Origin: Microbotryum violaceum
Taxonomy: Eukaryota
Direction of reading: 5' to 3'
DNA: 64,000 nt
Assembly (NCBI GenBank): GCA_001244265.2
Contig: CDLV01000009.1
Span: 1,798,001-1,862,000, forward strand
The notes under the pieces were generated by a model. The model did not search any database, was not told the DNA's origin, and saw only the letters and a list, made by a program, of their open reading frames with translations. The number at the start of each line of letters is the position of its first letter. Position 1 is the first letter of the stretch. Made by a program: the position numbers and the translations under genes. This document shows, piece by piece, positions 23,849-36,983 of this stretch.

Positions 23849-25550
23849 CTATTCCCCATTCTTCTTCCTCTTCTTAGACTTTTTCTTCTCAACGATCACT
23901 ACTCCAGCTTGGAGACAACCCTATGGCCAAACCCATGTGTCTCGTCAACCTCGATTTGGGTGATTTGTCGAACGAGGTCGGACATACCTCCACCAACGAT
24001 GCAAAACTGATCTCGTGATCGGGGTTTTCAACAACCTCCAAACAGGCCATCTGCATCGATCCTTGAGGACTCCCTGGTCGCGAAGTCTTGATCCCCGCAT
24101 GACGAGGCATGACCGGGGCAAGCTTATCCGTCAAAAAACTATCGCAAGCGTCGAGCGGGATGCGCATCGTCAGTTCATCCGACCCGGTGAATGCAGGTAA
24201 CCTGATTGACTCAACGACTCACCGTTGATGATCAAACTCCTGCCCGAGCTTGTACTCGCCGTCAAGGTATGCTTCGGCTGCTATTTCCGCGAGGCGAATC
24301 GAAAGGCGATTCATTTTTTCCGCAAAGCTGTTCGGCTTGGATTTGTGAAGTTCGACCTCCGTACGATCGGCTTGAATGTCCGGTTGCTTGACGACTTGCC
24401 ACTGAGATGTGAAGCACAACGGTGGGGTTACTAAGCTAAAATTAAGTAGGGAGAAGGCGTGTCTCACTCCAAGACACATACCAACACGCGCCACCAGCAC
24501 ACATGCTCGTCGGTGATCGCAACATCCAGAGCTCTGTACCGTAACCTCATTGTTGGTCCCAACAATTCTGATTTGCTTTGAACCCGCTTGATCTGAGCAC
24601 GAGCCGGCAGTCAAAGGGCATGGCACGGCGGCGTGCAAAGCGGATGTCAATACAAACCCCAGAGATTCCCAGACGTGGGAACCACGCCGCTTACATGATC
24701 TTCGAGTTCAGATCCGCCTTGCATGCGCGCACTTGGAAGGTGGCGCATTAGACCCCTATAGAAGGCGCGATGCTTGACGTCGCTCTCAGACACAATCCCA
24801 CCATTGCGTAGTGCAGACTACGTTTAGTGCAGCTTGAGTCAGTGAACAACCGAGCCCAACCGAGAACGTATTTCACCTACCAAGAACATAGGTGCAGCAC
24901 CGAGGTGCTTGCAGAGGAACGGCGTGGAAACGAAGATTTTAGCAGCTGACCCCACATCGGACTGGCACAGTGGTGTCATGGTCACAGCTCGGTCAGTAGG
25001 ACCTTATGGGCGAGACAGAAAGCACATCCACCAACTTTGATGTTGTCCAGAGAGGGAGCGGTGAGCAGGTCGGTCAGTCTGGGAAGCAGGTCGATCAGTT
25101 GGGCAAGCTTCATTTCCAAACTGTCCAACCGAGCGCCGATCGTCGCGGCCAAAACAGATAGGCCATCTTGGCCAGATCCGGCGTTTGGGAGCTGTGGGTA
25201 TTTATTGTGAGTGCGGTCAGCGGAGTGGGGCACGACGCGGGGGCACATATGCACCAGCTCACGTTGCTCGGGCCGTCGAAATATGGCGTAGAGTGCTGGG
25301 GTCTAGAATGCATGACCTGGATGGGATATGCGCGGTGGTCAGCGTACCAGTAGGACGTACCCGCTCAAACCTCTGCAGCGGTGTAACGTACTGGGGAAGT
25401 CTTGTCCTCTCCTCCCTCGTCGTCCGAGAGAACCGGGGAGACTTTGGTGCGCCTACGCTTGCGCAGCCGGTCCGTCGGCTCTTCATCCTCGTCGTCGTCA
25501 ACGCCGTGGGGAACAGGTCGGGGAGCAACTTCGGCGTCATTGTCGAGCAT
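23849..25550 (-). CDS. Hypothetical multi-exon protein with acidic/basic N-terminus, coiled-coil-like segment and basic C-terminus
   Basis: Exons join through GT-AG introns: MLDNDAEV...RKRRRTK..., IGARLDSLEMKLAQLIDLL, WQVVKQPDIQADR..., final exon GCLQAGVVIVEKKKSKKRKKNGE*. No family recognised. Confidence 0.6.
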
Positions 25551-26304
25551 TGGGTCATGTACGAGAGGTGAAGAGGAGCCGCCACCAAACTCAAGATTGA
25601 AATGATTGTGTCGGGGAGTATGTTGCAGGTTTTGGCCGTATAAGGAGGGGCTAGAAGCAGGGGCAGGCTTAGGGAGGCGGAGCTCCTCCGAGCGTGCCGA
25701 TCGGCGGCTGTTTTGTGATCAACGCGGAGCCTTCATAGGTGTGTAACGACTGCGCAAATATAGAGCTCAAAAGCTCACAGAAAAATTGGCGAGTGACTGC
25801 TGCTGCATTCTCGCCGAAGCAGCATTTCTACAGGCCTTAGCACCGATTCGCTTCCCATCAAACAAATTTGCTACGCCGAGCTTTGCTTGTCCAGGCGGCG
25901 CGTAGCTGGCATGATCCGTCGGCCAAAGGTTAAGTACTTATTAGGACGAGTTTCCTCCCTGTATGATTTATTTGTTCATTCGTGAGTGTTTTTCAACATA
26001 CGGAGTACTAAATCAAACCAAACAAAGGGGCTCAGGTGATTGTCTGGGAGAAAAGTTGGTCAGTTAGGATGCAGAAAAACGCCCCCCGCAGCTCTCCCCA
26101 ACCCGCTCGCCGATATAGCCAGCGGAGGGAACGTTGGTAGATGTTAGATGTGCAAAGGCAGATACGCTGATGTGCTCTGACTCCTCGATTGAAGTGATTT
26201 GTTGACCTCCCGACGGTCTGTTGAGCTCGGCCATCAATCGCTCAGCGATATGAGGTTTGGCACTCGTGCGTTCTTTTTCTACAAAAATGATACTACAGAT
26301 ATTC

Positions 26305-27991
26305 TCAAAGCCCATTCCAAGCGACCATCAATTCGATCAAGCCCAAAGGAGCCTCCCAAAAGTCGACGAGCCAAATCATTCCCATACTTTCCCCGGTCGG
26401 AGACTTCCAGTCGTCCTCCAACCCCCTCCTCAACATTTGGTCTAGAACGCGGGCGTTGACGCCTTGGAATCCGAGCCAATTCGAAGGACCAAGGCCGAAA
26501 CCTTTGGCTACTATCGAGGGGAAGGCGGTGAATAGGGAGGAGGCGGAGAGGAAAGAGATGCGCGTGAGGGCGTCGTGATGACCCGGAGGGAGGTAATTCA
26601 AAGTGGGAGGCTCTGGCGTAGACGAAGAATGCGAAGAGCGTCGCCGTTCAGGGGACTTTGACCTCTTGTCATCGATAGGTTGGTTTCGATAGTGGAACAC
26701 GGTCATGACCAATCTCGTCTTTTCAGGTATTTTGAGGAATGATCCAATCGAGTACCAATCCTGGATCACAGCGGTGGGTTGGTATGTCGCTTCCAGGGGT
26801 GGGAAAGGATCCGAAATGGGCGTGAGGAAAGGCGTGTTCAAATTGTGAGGCCATCGGATGGGATGGAGTCCTTCTTCTCGGTGCCACAAACAGTCTATTC
26901 ATCAGCTGGACTGTAGACGGCGCTCCACGGAGTCACAATGCCAACTCACTCTCATGATTAAAGTCGAACCTACAAAACAAGACCAATCGTCCCCTCGCCT
27001 CTCCCATCGTAGGCCACCGATCGTTAGTGTACCAAAGATTCGCTCTTTGATCCAGCAAGTCCATCAACACGTTCGCAAAACCTCTAGCCCTGTTTTCCTG
27101 CTTGACCGAGACAATGATCGTTTCGGTCGGATGTCGTTGGATGAAAGCGTACAGGATGTCGAACGCTTTGATCGCAGTCGTGACTTGATTCTGGATGCCG
27201 TGGAAAGCGACCAACGTACTTTCCTCGGTGAGCTTGAATCTGAAATCGAGGAATCGACATCCGTTCTCGAGGGAAGCGGTCAAGGGATGGGAGCGGGATT
27301 GACAAGTCGAGATGGGACCTCCGTAGAAAGCTAGGGATTGGTGGGTTCCGGGAAGGTAAAGCGAGCAAAGACGCGCCTCGTCGGGAACAAGCGACATCCA
27401 CAAGGAAATGGGGAAACGATCGACAATGGTGAGAAGATGTGCGTGCTTGGACAGGCGCTGATGAGAGGGTTGAAGGGCATGCTGATCAATACCTTCAGAG
27501 CTGAGGAAGAGCCAAGATCAAATGCAGCTCACACTTTGATAGACCAACCACTTATCCTCGGCAGATCTCTTCAGTAATCGCGATCTCGGACCCCACCTGC
27601 CCCATTTCAAGTTGATGACCTGGCCTCGATGCGGGAGCCTCAAAGCTGAACTGTCTTGTTCGGCACTGTCTCGGGGCGAGAATTCGTCATCTGAGGGAAA
27701 CAGTGCGACTTGAAGAGACTTGGCGCCAAGTTTTGAGTGCGCCAGAGTACGCAAGGACTTGGCGGGTACGACGAGCTCGCTCTCATCGGGAAATAGAGGT
27801 TCAGTGTCGACCTTGTCTGGACTACTCGACGCCGATAAAAGTAGGCCACCGAGCGCCACGACGCGCGCCGAAGACGGCGACGAGGATGTTGGAAGCAGCG
27901 CGCGAAGGGCGATAGTGATCGCATTACGTGTTAAGTTCGAGACATGCAATACGCGAGGCGTTGAGGCATGTGGGGACGTAATGGGTGCCAT
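26305..27991 (-). CDS. PI-specific phospholipase C X-domain (bacterial-type PLC-like phosphodiesterase)
   Basis: WMSLVPDEARLCSLYLPGTHQS, LENGCRFLDFR, AFHG, HPTETIIVSVKQE, PTMGEARGRLVLFCRF, IQDWY. Confidence 0.9.
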
Positions 27992-28470
27992 CTTGATGGA
28001 TCTCAGGCACGTTTGAGCGACTGCTTCGTTCGATCCCTCGCGAGGTCGACGTCCTGGCGCTGCGATTCGTCCGTCCGCGAAGGAGGTGCTTGGCAAGGTG
28101 GTCTTCTCTAGAAAAACGAACGTTTGAGATACGGACGCGTAGCTTGGATCCAGTGGGAGGGGCGTTGCGCTGCGAATGAGCCCACCCGTTGACGAACTGA
28201 TCGGATGAACAGCGACTGGGGCGGAAGAGGCGAAGCTGCGTGTATGCGCTCTCGTCGCGCCAAGACCAACGTGAAATCAATTCCCCTCAGTTCCCTCTTT
28301 ACCCCCAGAACTTTTCCAAGCCTCGCGAATGTGAAAGCAAGACCGGACTGCTTGAAAATTCATTTTGCCCCTTAAACTAATATAAACGAGAAGATTTTCA
28401 AAACAAAAGAACGATAGCTCGGAAATATTGAATCCGCAGGTGCACTGACTCGGAGTGGGGAAGCAATGGG

Positions 28471-28712
28471 AGGACCCGGGAAAGCTCAGCCCAATGTGCG
28501 TCTCGGAGATTTGTACTTTTCGGGCCCATTTATGCCTTGTGATATGCTACCTGACGTGGTTTTTCATGGTAGAGTCACGTTTTGAACACATCCCGATAAT
28601 CTGGTTTTACACCGGAATACATACACCCCTTATATAGGGCTATTCGGTCAACAAATCGGCCTAAAAACGGGGTTTTTCGAGACGCACCTTCGGCTGAGCT
28701 TTCCCGGGTCCT
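28471..28712. mobile_element. 242-bp MITE with ~35-bp TIRs and 8-bp TSD
   Basis: TIR aggacccgggaaagctcagcc (perfect 21 bp, imperfect to ~35 bp) at both ends; flanking direct repeat gcaatggg at 28463-28470 and 28713-28720. Confidence 0.93.
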
Positions 28713-29609
28713 GCAATGGGGCGGCCGCCGGCGCGTTAGCAAGCTCCAAAAGTGCCGGTGCCACCTCTTTGTTCCTTGTGCTGCATCGGTCCAGCTCAAG
28801 TTATCGCTAACGATTCACCCCAAAACCACCCGGATCAAGTGCCGGATAGAAGGTGCGTGCTCTGAACTCGGGTTCCTCCCTCATGCCGTGCTACGTCCCT
28901 CGTCCTCCGTATCGACTCTACGTGCTTCCATTTCGGTTCCAAGCTTGGAGCGCCCGAGAGCGCGAACATCGTCGATCAGCGATTGTGATGCTCGGCCAAG
29001 CCACACCAACGAATTGCGGGTAGTTTGACACGTCCTCAATTGCTTGAACACCCGTCGAGCTGTACTCTAGGCAGTGCAGAATACTGGACCCATGTACGAG
29101 CAACTTCAAGCAACTTCATGCAGACCCCGTAGATCTGCCGAGTCGAGCTTCAAAGCTTCAAAGACCACGTTGGGGCATGCTCCCGGGCGCGGTCGCTTCG
29201 GGCTCGTCGCGTCAGAGTCTGTCCGGGACCCTCTCGTGGCCGAAGAGGTTCGGGTTCCTCGATCGATCAAAGGACTCCAGCGTGGGCTCCATCGACACCT
29301 ACGCGTCGACTTCCGTGGTGGAAGAGAGAACAGTAATGCGAGTCTCTCGGGCCCACGCGTAACGACACGATTTATTGTGCTGCAGTGGGTGATCGTTGCT
29401 CGGCCCAAGCTCACGATTGTGATCAACGGGCCTTCGGGATCCGGGATCCGATTCGGCTGAGCATCGCAACCGTCGGGTTCAAGCAACATTGTCCGATTAT
29501 GCTTTGCACAAGACCTCGCCAGTTTCGAACTGTAGCACTCGCTTCTGCGGTACTGACCTAAATATTTTACCACATATTATAGAAACTGGAACATTTGATC
29601 GGGAAAAAA

Positions 29610-32600
29610 ATGAGCTTTACCCCTGCTCTCGGCGCGACCGAAGTCGTCGGCCTGTCAGCAGACACCAAGGCCTTCTACTTCACGTACACGGGTTCCAGAT
29701 CTTCTCCAGGCATTCCCGAGGTTTGGACAAATCTTTCCGGTGCCTGGACGTCTCTTGCGTTTGCTACGGTTCCTTCCCCATCATCAACCGAGGCGCAGGC
29801 CGACGTTCATGTCGCTTCGTTTGATCTCTCCGATGCAACACTGGGAAAATACGAGTTCACCTATCGAAAACGACATGCCGAGTCCGAATATGAATGGCTC
29901 GGTGCGTCTGGAGCGAATGGAACCATCGAGATCGTCTCCACCAGTGCAACGGCACCACGATCCAGAAGGAAGGTTGAGCTCAAGACGTTTGCACTTCAAG
30001 ACGGGGAAAGCAATGCGATCGAGTCCTTCGATCTCGACATTGCGGCCCAGGATTGGTGCGAAGGTGTCGTATGGGAGCGCAGCGAGTACGTTCGTCTGTT
30101 TATTTGCTCCCTTTTCGTCGAACCAGGACTGACCGTGTTCCACAACTTTAATTTTAAGACGAATCTGGTTCCTTACTCGTCAACTTCATTCGGGATCCCC
30201 AATTTCGTCGCTCTCGACGGAGTTCGAAGGTCAGCTCCTCTTCTTGCGGGGCAAGTCGACCTCGGAATCACCAACCCCTCCAATCCTCGTCCTCTTCCCC
30301 TTCACGACGGACCAAGTCATGTCCACCATTCGAGGAGGTGAAGATAAAGTTTGGCTGAGATGTATGCGGGATACGGGTGCTCCGGGCGTACAGGGTCATG
30401 TCGTTGTGGGGCGAGGCGTCGATGGGGATTTGGAGAAACTGGTCGCCGAATGCGTCAAAGTTGCCGAGAACACCTTGACAGGTGACTTGGATCAAGCAAT
30501 GGTGAAGGCGCCGAAGGAGGCGGAGCCTTCCCAGGGGGTCCGAGTTTGCACCTGGAACGCCCTCGGATACCAAGCGTAAGTCAATACTCTCGTCCACGGA
30601 ATTACTAAGATCTGATCTCTCACACCACTCTGCTGCAGGTACAAACTCTCGGACGTTCTCAAGTGGCTCGACGTGCTCCTCTCGCCATCAACGAGTTCGC
30701 CCTTGTTCGCCGCCAGTCTCGACACAGTCCTGCTCGATGATGGATGGCAAGACATCAAGCAAGCTCCTGGACGTCCTGGTCGAACTCAGCAGACGTTGCA
30801 CTCGTTTGGTGTCCGTTCGACCTGGTACGACGTGGCTAGTGATGCGAGACAGTCTTCGACTTCTAATACGTCACCATCGGACCTCGCCGCCAGCTCCGAA
30901 TTAGCGGACGCGGTAAAGCAAATCAAAGCCAAGGGCATTCAGCGCGTCGGTGTCTGGATGACCATCGCAGGTTATTGGGATGGTCTAGAACCTCATGGAC
31001 CCATGGCGCGCTACGACCTCCAACGATGGAACCTGCATTCGGACTACTGGGACGAAGCCATTACGCTATGGTACGTTCCTTCGATCGGCCGATTGGAGGA
31101 CTACTACGGCGATTACTTCAAGTCTCTCAAGGCCGCCGGTGTCGACTTTGTCAAGGTTGACGATCAGGCCCATCCCGACTACCTCGTCTCGGGTGGAACG
31201 GACGATGTAGGTGATTTGAGGCATGCGATGCACCGCGCCATGCGCAAGATGTCGAACGAGGTCTTTGGCGACGGCACGACCATCCACTGCATGGCCGGGA
31301 GTCCCCGCATCTGGGGCGGGGCTTTGGCGTTGCGCAAGTTCAACGACACGAAATCTTTGATTCGTAACTCGGACGATTACTACCCCGACCAAGACGGCTC
31401 TCATCGATGGCACATTTTCCTGAATGGTATGAACGCGATTCTCACTCGTGCGCTCGAGTTCGTCCCCGATTTCGACATGGGGGAGGAGTTGCACCCTTGG
31501 GGACAGGACTACCACGTCCCATTCCGCTCGTTTTCTCCCGCTCCGACGTATTCGACCGACTTGATGACCCGACCCTTGCACCCTCAAAAGGGATGGAGTG
31601 CTGCTTTGGCCAAGACGAAGCAAGGTGGTGCTGGATTGGTCAAGACGACGAATCGCGTCGGAGCCGGATTGGAAGGGCGTTTGAACGACGATGTTATGGG
31701 CGAAGGGGTGGGACAAGCTTTCGTTGTGGCGCTGGCGTTCCCCGAGGCGCAAGGTGCGCATTTGGGCGCTTGGAACACCCGCTCGAACGAAGCGCATGCC
31801 TTCACCAGTATCAACTCAAACGACGTCGTCGAAGCTTTGGGGCCTCTGAAAGCCACCGCCCCAGTGGCGTTGTACGTCGCCGGACACGATTGGGCTTCCT
31901 GGATCAGCCCGAGAAATTTAGTTCTCACACAGAGGTCGTGCGCCACACCTTTGATCACGATCAACGTTGAAGCCAAGCAGTCGCAGATGGTCACCGTTGC
32001 TCAGTCCTACACCGTCGATGGGATCAAGATCGCTTGTCTCGGTCTGACGGACAAGACGACTGGACTGGCGGCAATCAAGGAGATCGCCGTAGTCCAGGGT
32101 TTGTTATCAACTTTGAAGACGGCTTCTACCTCTAAGGCCGCCCCTCCATCAACTAAGACCTGCTCAGATCTCGTGGCGTCCTCCGCCTCGAATGAGCCAC
32201 GTTCCCGCACATTCCCCCGCCCCTCGAACCATTCGCGTCTAGCCTCAATCCTGACGTACTTCATCTCCACCTCGACTGTAGACGCGAAGATTCGGCCCCA
32301 TGACCAAATCGTCGGCTTCGGCCGTGATCTTCTTTACCGGCCTTTAGCAACGCTATGGACTGAACTAAGGGCCTGGATGGGTTTTTCTTTCGCTGTCGTC
32401 CTTTGGACACTGGGAGCGTTCCCGAGTGGATCTGGTTCGCGTTCGATCAAAGCGAGTGCAAAGAGTTCGGTCATCGCAGAGTCGAAGGCCTCAGAAACGA
32501 GGGAAACGCCGAGTGTGTTCCCGGTCGATCAAGACCGCCTGCGCATTACCCTCGGCTACGCCAGTTCTCACATTGGGTTCTTCGTGGATCAATCAGAACG

Positions 32601-32769
32601 CCTCGTATTCGTCCTCGATGGTGAGCGCATCGATGAGCAATGGATTGAAAAGGGGGAGAAGACGGAGGAAGGGCAGTTGGTTGATGTGAATCTGGAAGGG
32701 TGTTGGACTGCGATGGGCGCGCCCACGGGATCGGAATGGGTGGTGGAAGTCGGTCAGGAGAGAATTTGA
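29610..32769 (+). CDS. GH36 raffinose synthase / seed imbibition protein Sip1-like alpha-galactosidase
   Basis: CTWNALG, LLDDGWQD, GVWMTIAGYWDG, GVDFVKVDDQA, IHCMA, RNSDDYYP, PDFDM motifs. Confidence 0.9.
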
Positions 32770-33482
32770 TTGGACTTGGGGGCGAGGTCGAATGAGGTGC
32801 GGGTTGGGCTCAATGATCAAGTGTGATTCAGACTTTACTTGGTGCATTCGTTTTGTTAGGCTCTTTCGATGTCGTAAATTTTCTTGGAAAAGAACGCCGA
32901 GTGTGTATCGGGCGAGCATCGAGAGCCGAGGAAGGTGGCCGTAAATGTGGTCTAATTCGGCTCCCCGCACAAGACCGCTTGACCACAAGAGGCTGTTCGA
33001 GTGCGAGATTCCAACCCTTCCCTCGCCGATTGTCAAAAAAGTGGATAATGGGCCCAACGATCGATGGCAAATAGGCCCCCACTTCTGCGGTACACTGTCC
33101 TTCAAGTTTGCGCACCTCGATCGACCGTGTTGCTTGGGGGTCTTCGAAGAGAGTGTCGACTAAGTGCTCTGCAAGAAACGGATGCCGATGAGCAATAGCT
33201 ACCGAAACACGATGAAGAAACGCAGCAAACTGTGACGGGAGCTGAAACGCCGAAGCTATTGCCACATGATCAGGTTGCTCTGCGAAAAGTCGCATATCAT
33301 CACACCCTAGGCTCTAGTGAGTGCATGAACAGCTATTGTGGGGGCAAGGGCGGAAAGAAGCTCTCAATCGCTGCTCTCAGCTACCTCTCGAAAAGCGCTC
33401 CGTCAATTCTGCAAGTGTTCTCTTCATGTTCATAGGATAAGGATGTTACAAAGACGTCTCCACTTTCGCCTCCCGAACTCCT

Positions 33483-36400
33483 TCACCCTAAAGCCCCCCG
33501 CGACCCTACCGCGCCTCTCGCTCCAGCAACAGGGGCCAGAGTTTTCCTCGTACTCGTAACCGCAGTCGTCGTCCTCGCTCCCACACCTACCCCAACCCCA
33601 ATACCACCACCTGCACCAGGCGGCGCCGTCCCTATCGTCGTACTTCGTGCAGGCAGCGGCCCCAACCCGAACCTCGGTCGAGTTCCCGTCGCAATCTTAT
33701 CGCCAACGCTCGTCGACGTCGTCGACGACGACTTCCTCGAAGAAACCAACGGTTTCAAAACCCGGGGCTGGAACGTAGGACGCGTCTTTAACAAGGCTGA
33801 AGACCGGAGTGGGAAGAGACTACTAGACGTTGTAGACGTCGTCAAGGGTCGAGTGATGCTACGTGCGGGTGCAACGTTTTGGTCGTTGAAGTTTGGAAGC
33901 AGCGTCGTGGTGGTCGTCGTCGTCGTGGGGATGCGTGGTGTCGGTCGACCACCGGTAAGTAATGATACTCGGCTCGGCGTCGTCGAGTATGTCGACGATC
34001 GAACCGACGGAATGGGTCGTGTCGCCGTCGTTGAGGTAGTCCACCCAGTCCGTCCGGCGCGAGTTCCAACCCGACCGGTCGTCGCCGTCGATGTGGTCGA
34101 GCTCCTCACCGGCCTTGCTTCTTCGGCCGCTCCTTCCCTCAGGCCCCTCATCTTCACCGGACTCGGCACAGCGGTAGAGGTAGCAATCAGACTCCTCCTC
34201 CTATCCCCAGCCACCGCCATCCGAACCAAAGGACTCGTTCCGGCCCCCCGCTCCGGCCCAGCCACCGTCCTGGACCCCACCGCAGGCGAGAACAACGATT
34301 TTCCCGCCGACGAAGTCAATTGGATTGTCTCGCTCCTCTTGTGTCTTTTCGCGCTCGCGTCAAGGGTGGAAATTGTCTTCATGGGTGTGATTAACATCGT
34401 CGTAGACGGTGTTCTCGGCGCGCTCGCCCCAACCTCGTCCTTTCCTTTGCCCTCCGCAGTCGGCAACTTGATCGCCACCACCTCATCCCTCCCGACCGTC
34501 TTGGGCGTGTTCATCGCCCTATACTTTTCCAACCTCAGCGCTGCCGCACTGGATCCAATCGGGGTTTGTAATATCGTCGATGAAAGTCTTGGACGTCGGA
34601 CGGGGGTTGAAGGTGTGGGTAGGACGTCAGGTTCGGGTTCGGTCGCGGTGGAAGGGGTGGGGTTCCCGAGCGGAATGACGGCTTGGTTCTGAGTCTGCAA
34701 CGCCTCAAGTCGCAAGGCGATCATCTTATTCCTCAGTCGTTCCAATCCTCGACTCGGCGTTGGCACCGTCTTCGCCATCGTCGTGGTCAAAGGCACCTCC
34801 GCCGCCGTCTTCGATGTGGGCGTTGATTCCCTCGCGACAGGCGATGAAGGTCGTACCGTCCTTATTCCCTCAGGAGTCCCTAACGGTGAGGCCATGAACG
34901 CGGCCGTTCCGACCTTGCTCATCGAGCTCTCGAGCGCGGGAGCCAAAGGAGATTCGACAAGCTGCCCTTCGATAACCCCAATCGTCTCGTCCCTCATCAT
35001 CTCGAAGGACAGCATCGATTCTTCCTCGACCCTTTTCTCTTGTTCAACGGGGCTGGATGCCAAAGGGGCGGTAAGGAGTTGCGACCATGCGCCTTGTACG
35101 TATTCAAGCGTAGTTATAGAATGATCGGCAGGAGTTTCTTGGACCCGAGCCTGAGATAGGGGAATGGGTGTCGGTTCCTTTGCCACACTCCCGACCATCC
35201 CCTCCCCTTGCTCGATTGACTCATCCCTCCCCCCAAACAACGAAAGCATCGATTCATCCTCCACGCCATGCTCACTCCCACTTCCCTTCCCCCGTTCGGC
35301 CAATTTTTCGAACAATGCTTCAACGTCATCGATCTTGGATCGGTCCATCATCGACTCGTCGGCTTGCGTAGGTGTGGCAGGCGTAGGCGATGCCGTGATC
35401 GACTCCTTCGTCGTCGAGGCCAATACCTCGACTGTCCCCAACCGACTCGGTGTCCGCGTCTGTCCGACCTGTTGCGCTCTCAAAGTCCTCGTACTGACCC
35501 CCAATTCCGATCCCAAACGAATCGACAAAGGACTCCCTTCCCTCAACCCTTTCAACAATTGACTCAAATCCGCCGATTGTTCTTCTTCTTCTTCTTCGTC
35601 TTCCATAATTTCGGACAATTCTCCCCTCTTCTTCTTCTTGATCGGTGTCGGAGCGAGTGAATCATCCGAGGGAAGGAGGAAAGATCCTCTTTCGTTCATG
35701 ATGAGGGATAGATCATCGTTATCGTTCGAGTTGAGACTTTGGTTGATGGTGTGGTTCGTGTAGAGGGGATGGAAGGGGAATAGGGAGGAAGTATCGGCTG
35801 AAGCTGATGAAAAAGTCCAGAAAAAAAAAAGAGGGGGTGATCAGTATCTTGCCCCCCCCTTCCAGTATCATCGGAGAATTCGTAATGAAGAGTACTTACT
35901 CTCACCACAAGGACTCTCCAAATACCCACTTGAATCCTTACTGACTATCTGCTCCTTCAACATCGTCACTCGAGCAGGTGTGGTGGCTGCCTCAGCGGCG
36001 GCGGCGGTACAAGTCAAAGTGATCGGCGCGACGACTGGCACCGAGATTTCCTCTTCCTCTATGATGAAGGACGCTTCACTGATATTCCCATCCTCGTATA
36101 ACAACTCTTGTTTGAGAGGACTTGAGCGACGAATAGGGTTGGAGCGAAGTACTGAAATAGCAGGTGGTGGTGGGGTCGAGCTGGTACTTGAGCTGTTGTT
36201 GAAGGTGGTGGAGGGTGGCTCAGGGGTGCTTGTGGAGCGAGGAGCGACGAGGGACGGGCTGATGAGGATTTCGTGGGGTGTTGCGGAGGTGGAAGGTATA
36301 GGCTCCTCATGGGTTTTATGCGTGGTTGTGATGACGCGATGGAACTGCTGTTCCTAATCGAGGCAGGGGAAGTGAACCGGGATGTGTGTGTGTGTGTGTG

Positions 36401-36733
36401 TGTGTTGAGCGAAAGCCGATCGCGCGCCATCCAGCAAACCCGATTGGATGTACTGACCTCTGGCAATCCGGACCGTTCCGAGACGATATTGAGCGTCGGT
36501 AGATCGTTCCTGATCGAACCATTCTCTACGGCGGTGGTGGCTGTGGGTGCTAATGCGGCGCGGTCATCAAATGATGTGCCCGTCGTCGTCTGTGTCGTTT
36601 CATCCAACACGCTTCCGCTCCCCGACGGCGAGGCTCCAGCAGCCATGCCCAGTGACGATGGGGCTGCGGGTGCGGGCGGCAAAGGAGCGATCGCCGCGAT
36701 GACAGCGTTCCAAGGTGGTGTCGTCGTTTCCAT
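33483..36733 (-). CDS. Hypothetical low-complexity Ser/Thr/Pro/Arg-rich protein
   Basis: 738-codon terminal ORF plus upstream exons from METTTPPW; acidic middle and basic S/T-rich tail with many TP/SP sites. No recognised domain. Confidence 0.7.
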
Positions 36734-36983
36734 CCTTGCAAGATGGGATGCAAGGGTGGGAGACGAACGCCGATTCTTCTGGAACGCGAACGCGCGCGAC
36801 ATCTCGCAAACCAGCGGGCAAGGGTCACGTGACCTTTCACTCCTCGGCGGCTGTCGCGAGACTTGGCGAGATGCATTTTTTTGCCGGTCTGCCTCAGCCT
36901 CGGACCGGATCCCAAATCGTGCTTGATCTCTTGGAACTCTGTAAGGCTACAAGACGCTCTCTCAACCGTCACGCCGACCCAGC

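Noticed and set aside
33853..35660. Long plus-strand ORFs (279 aa, 132 aa and others)
   Set aside because: Antisense shadows of the low-complexity minus-strand gene.
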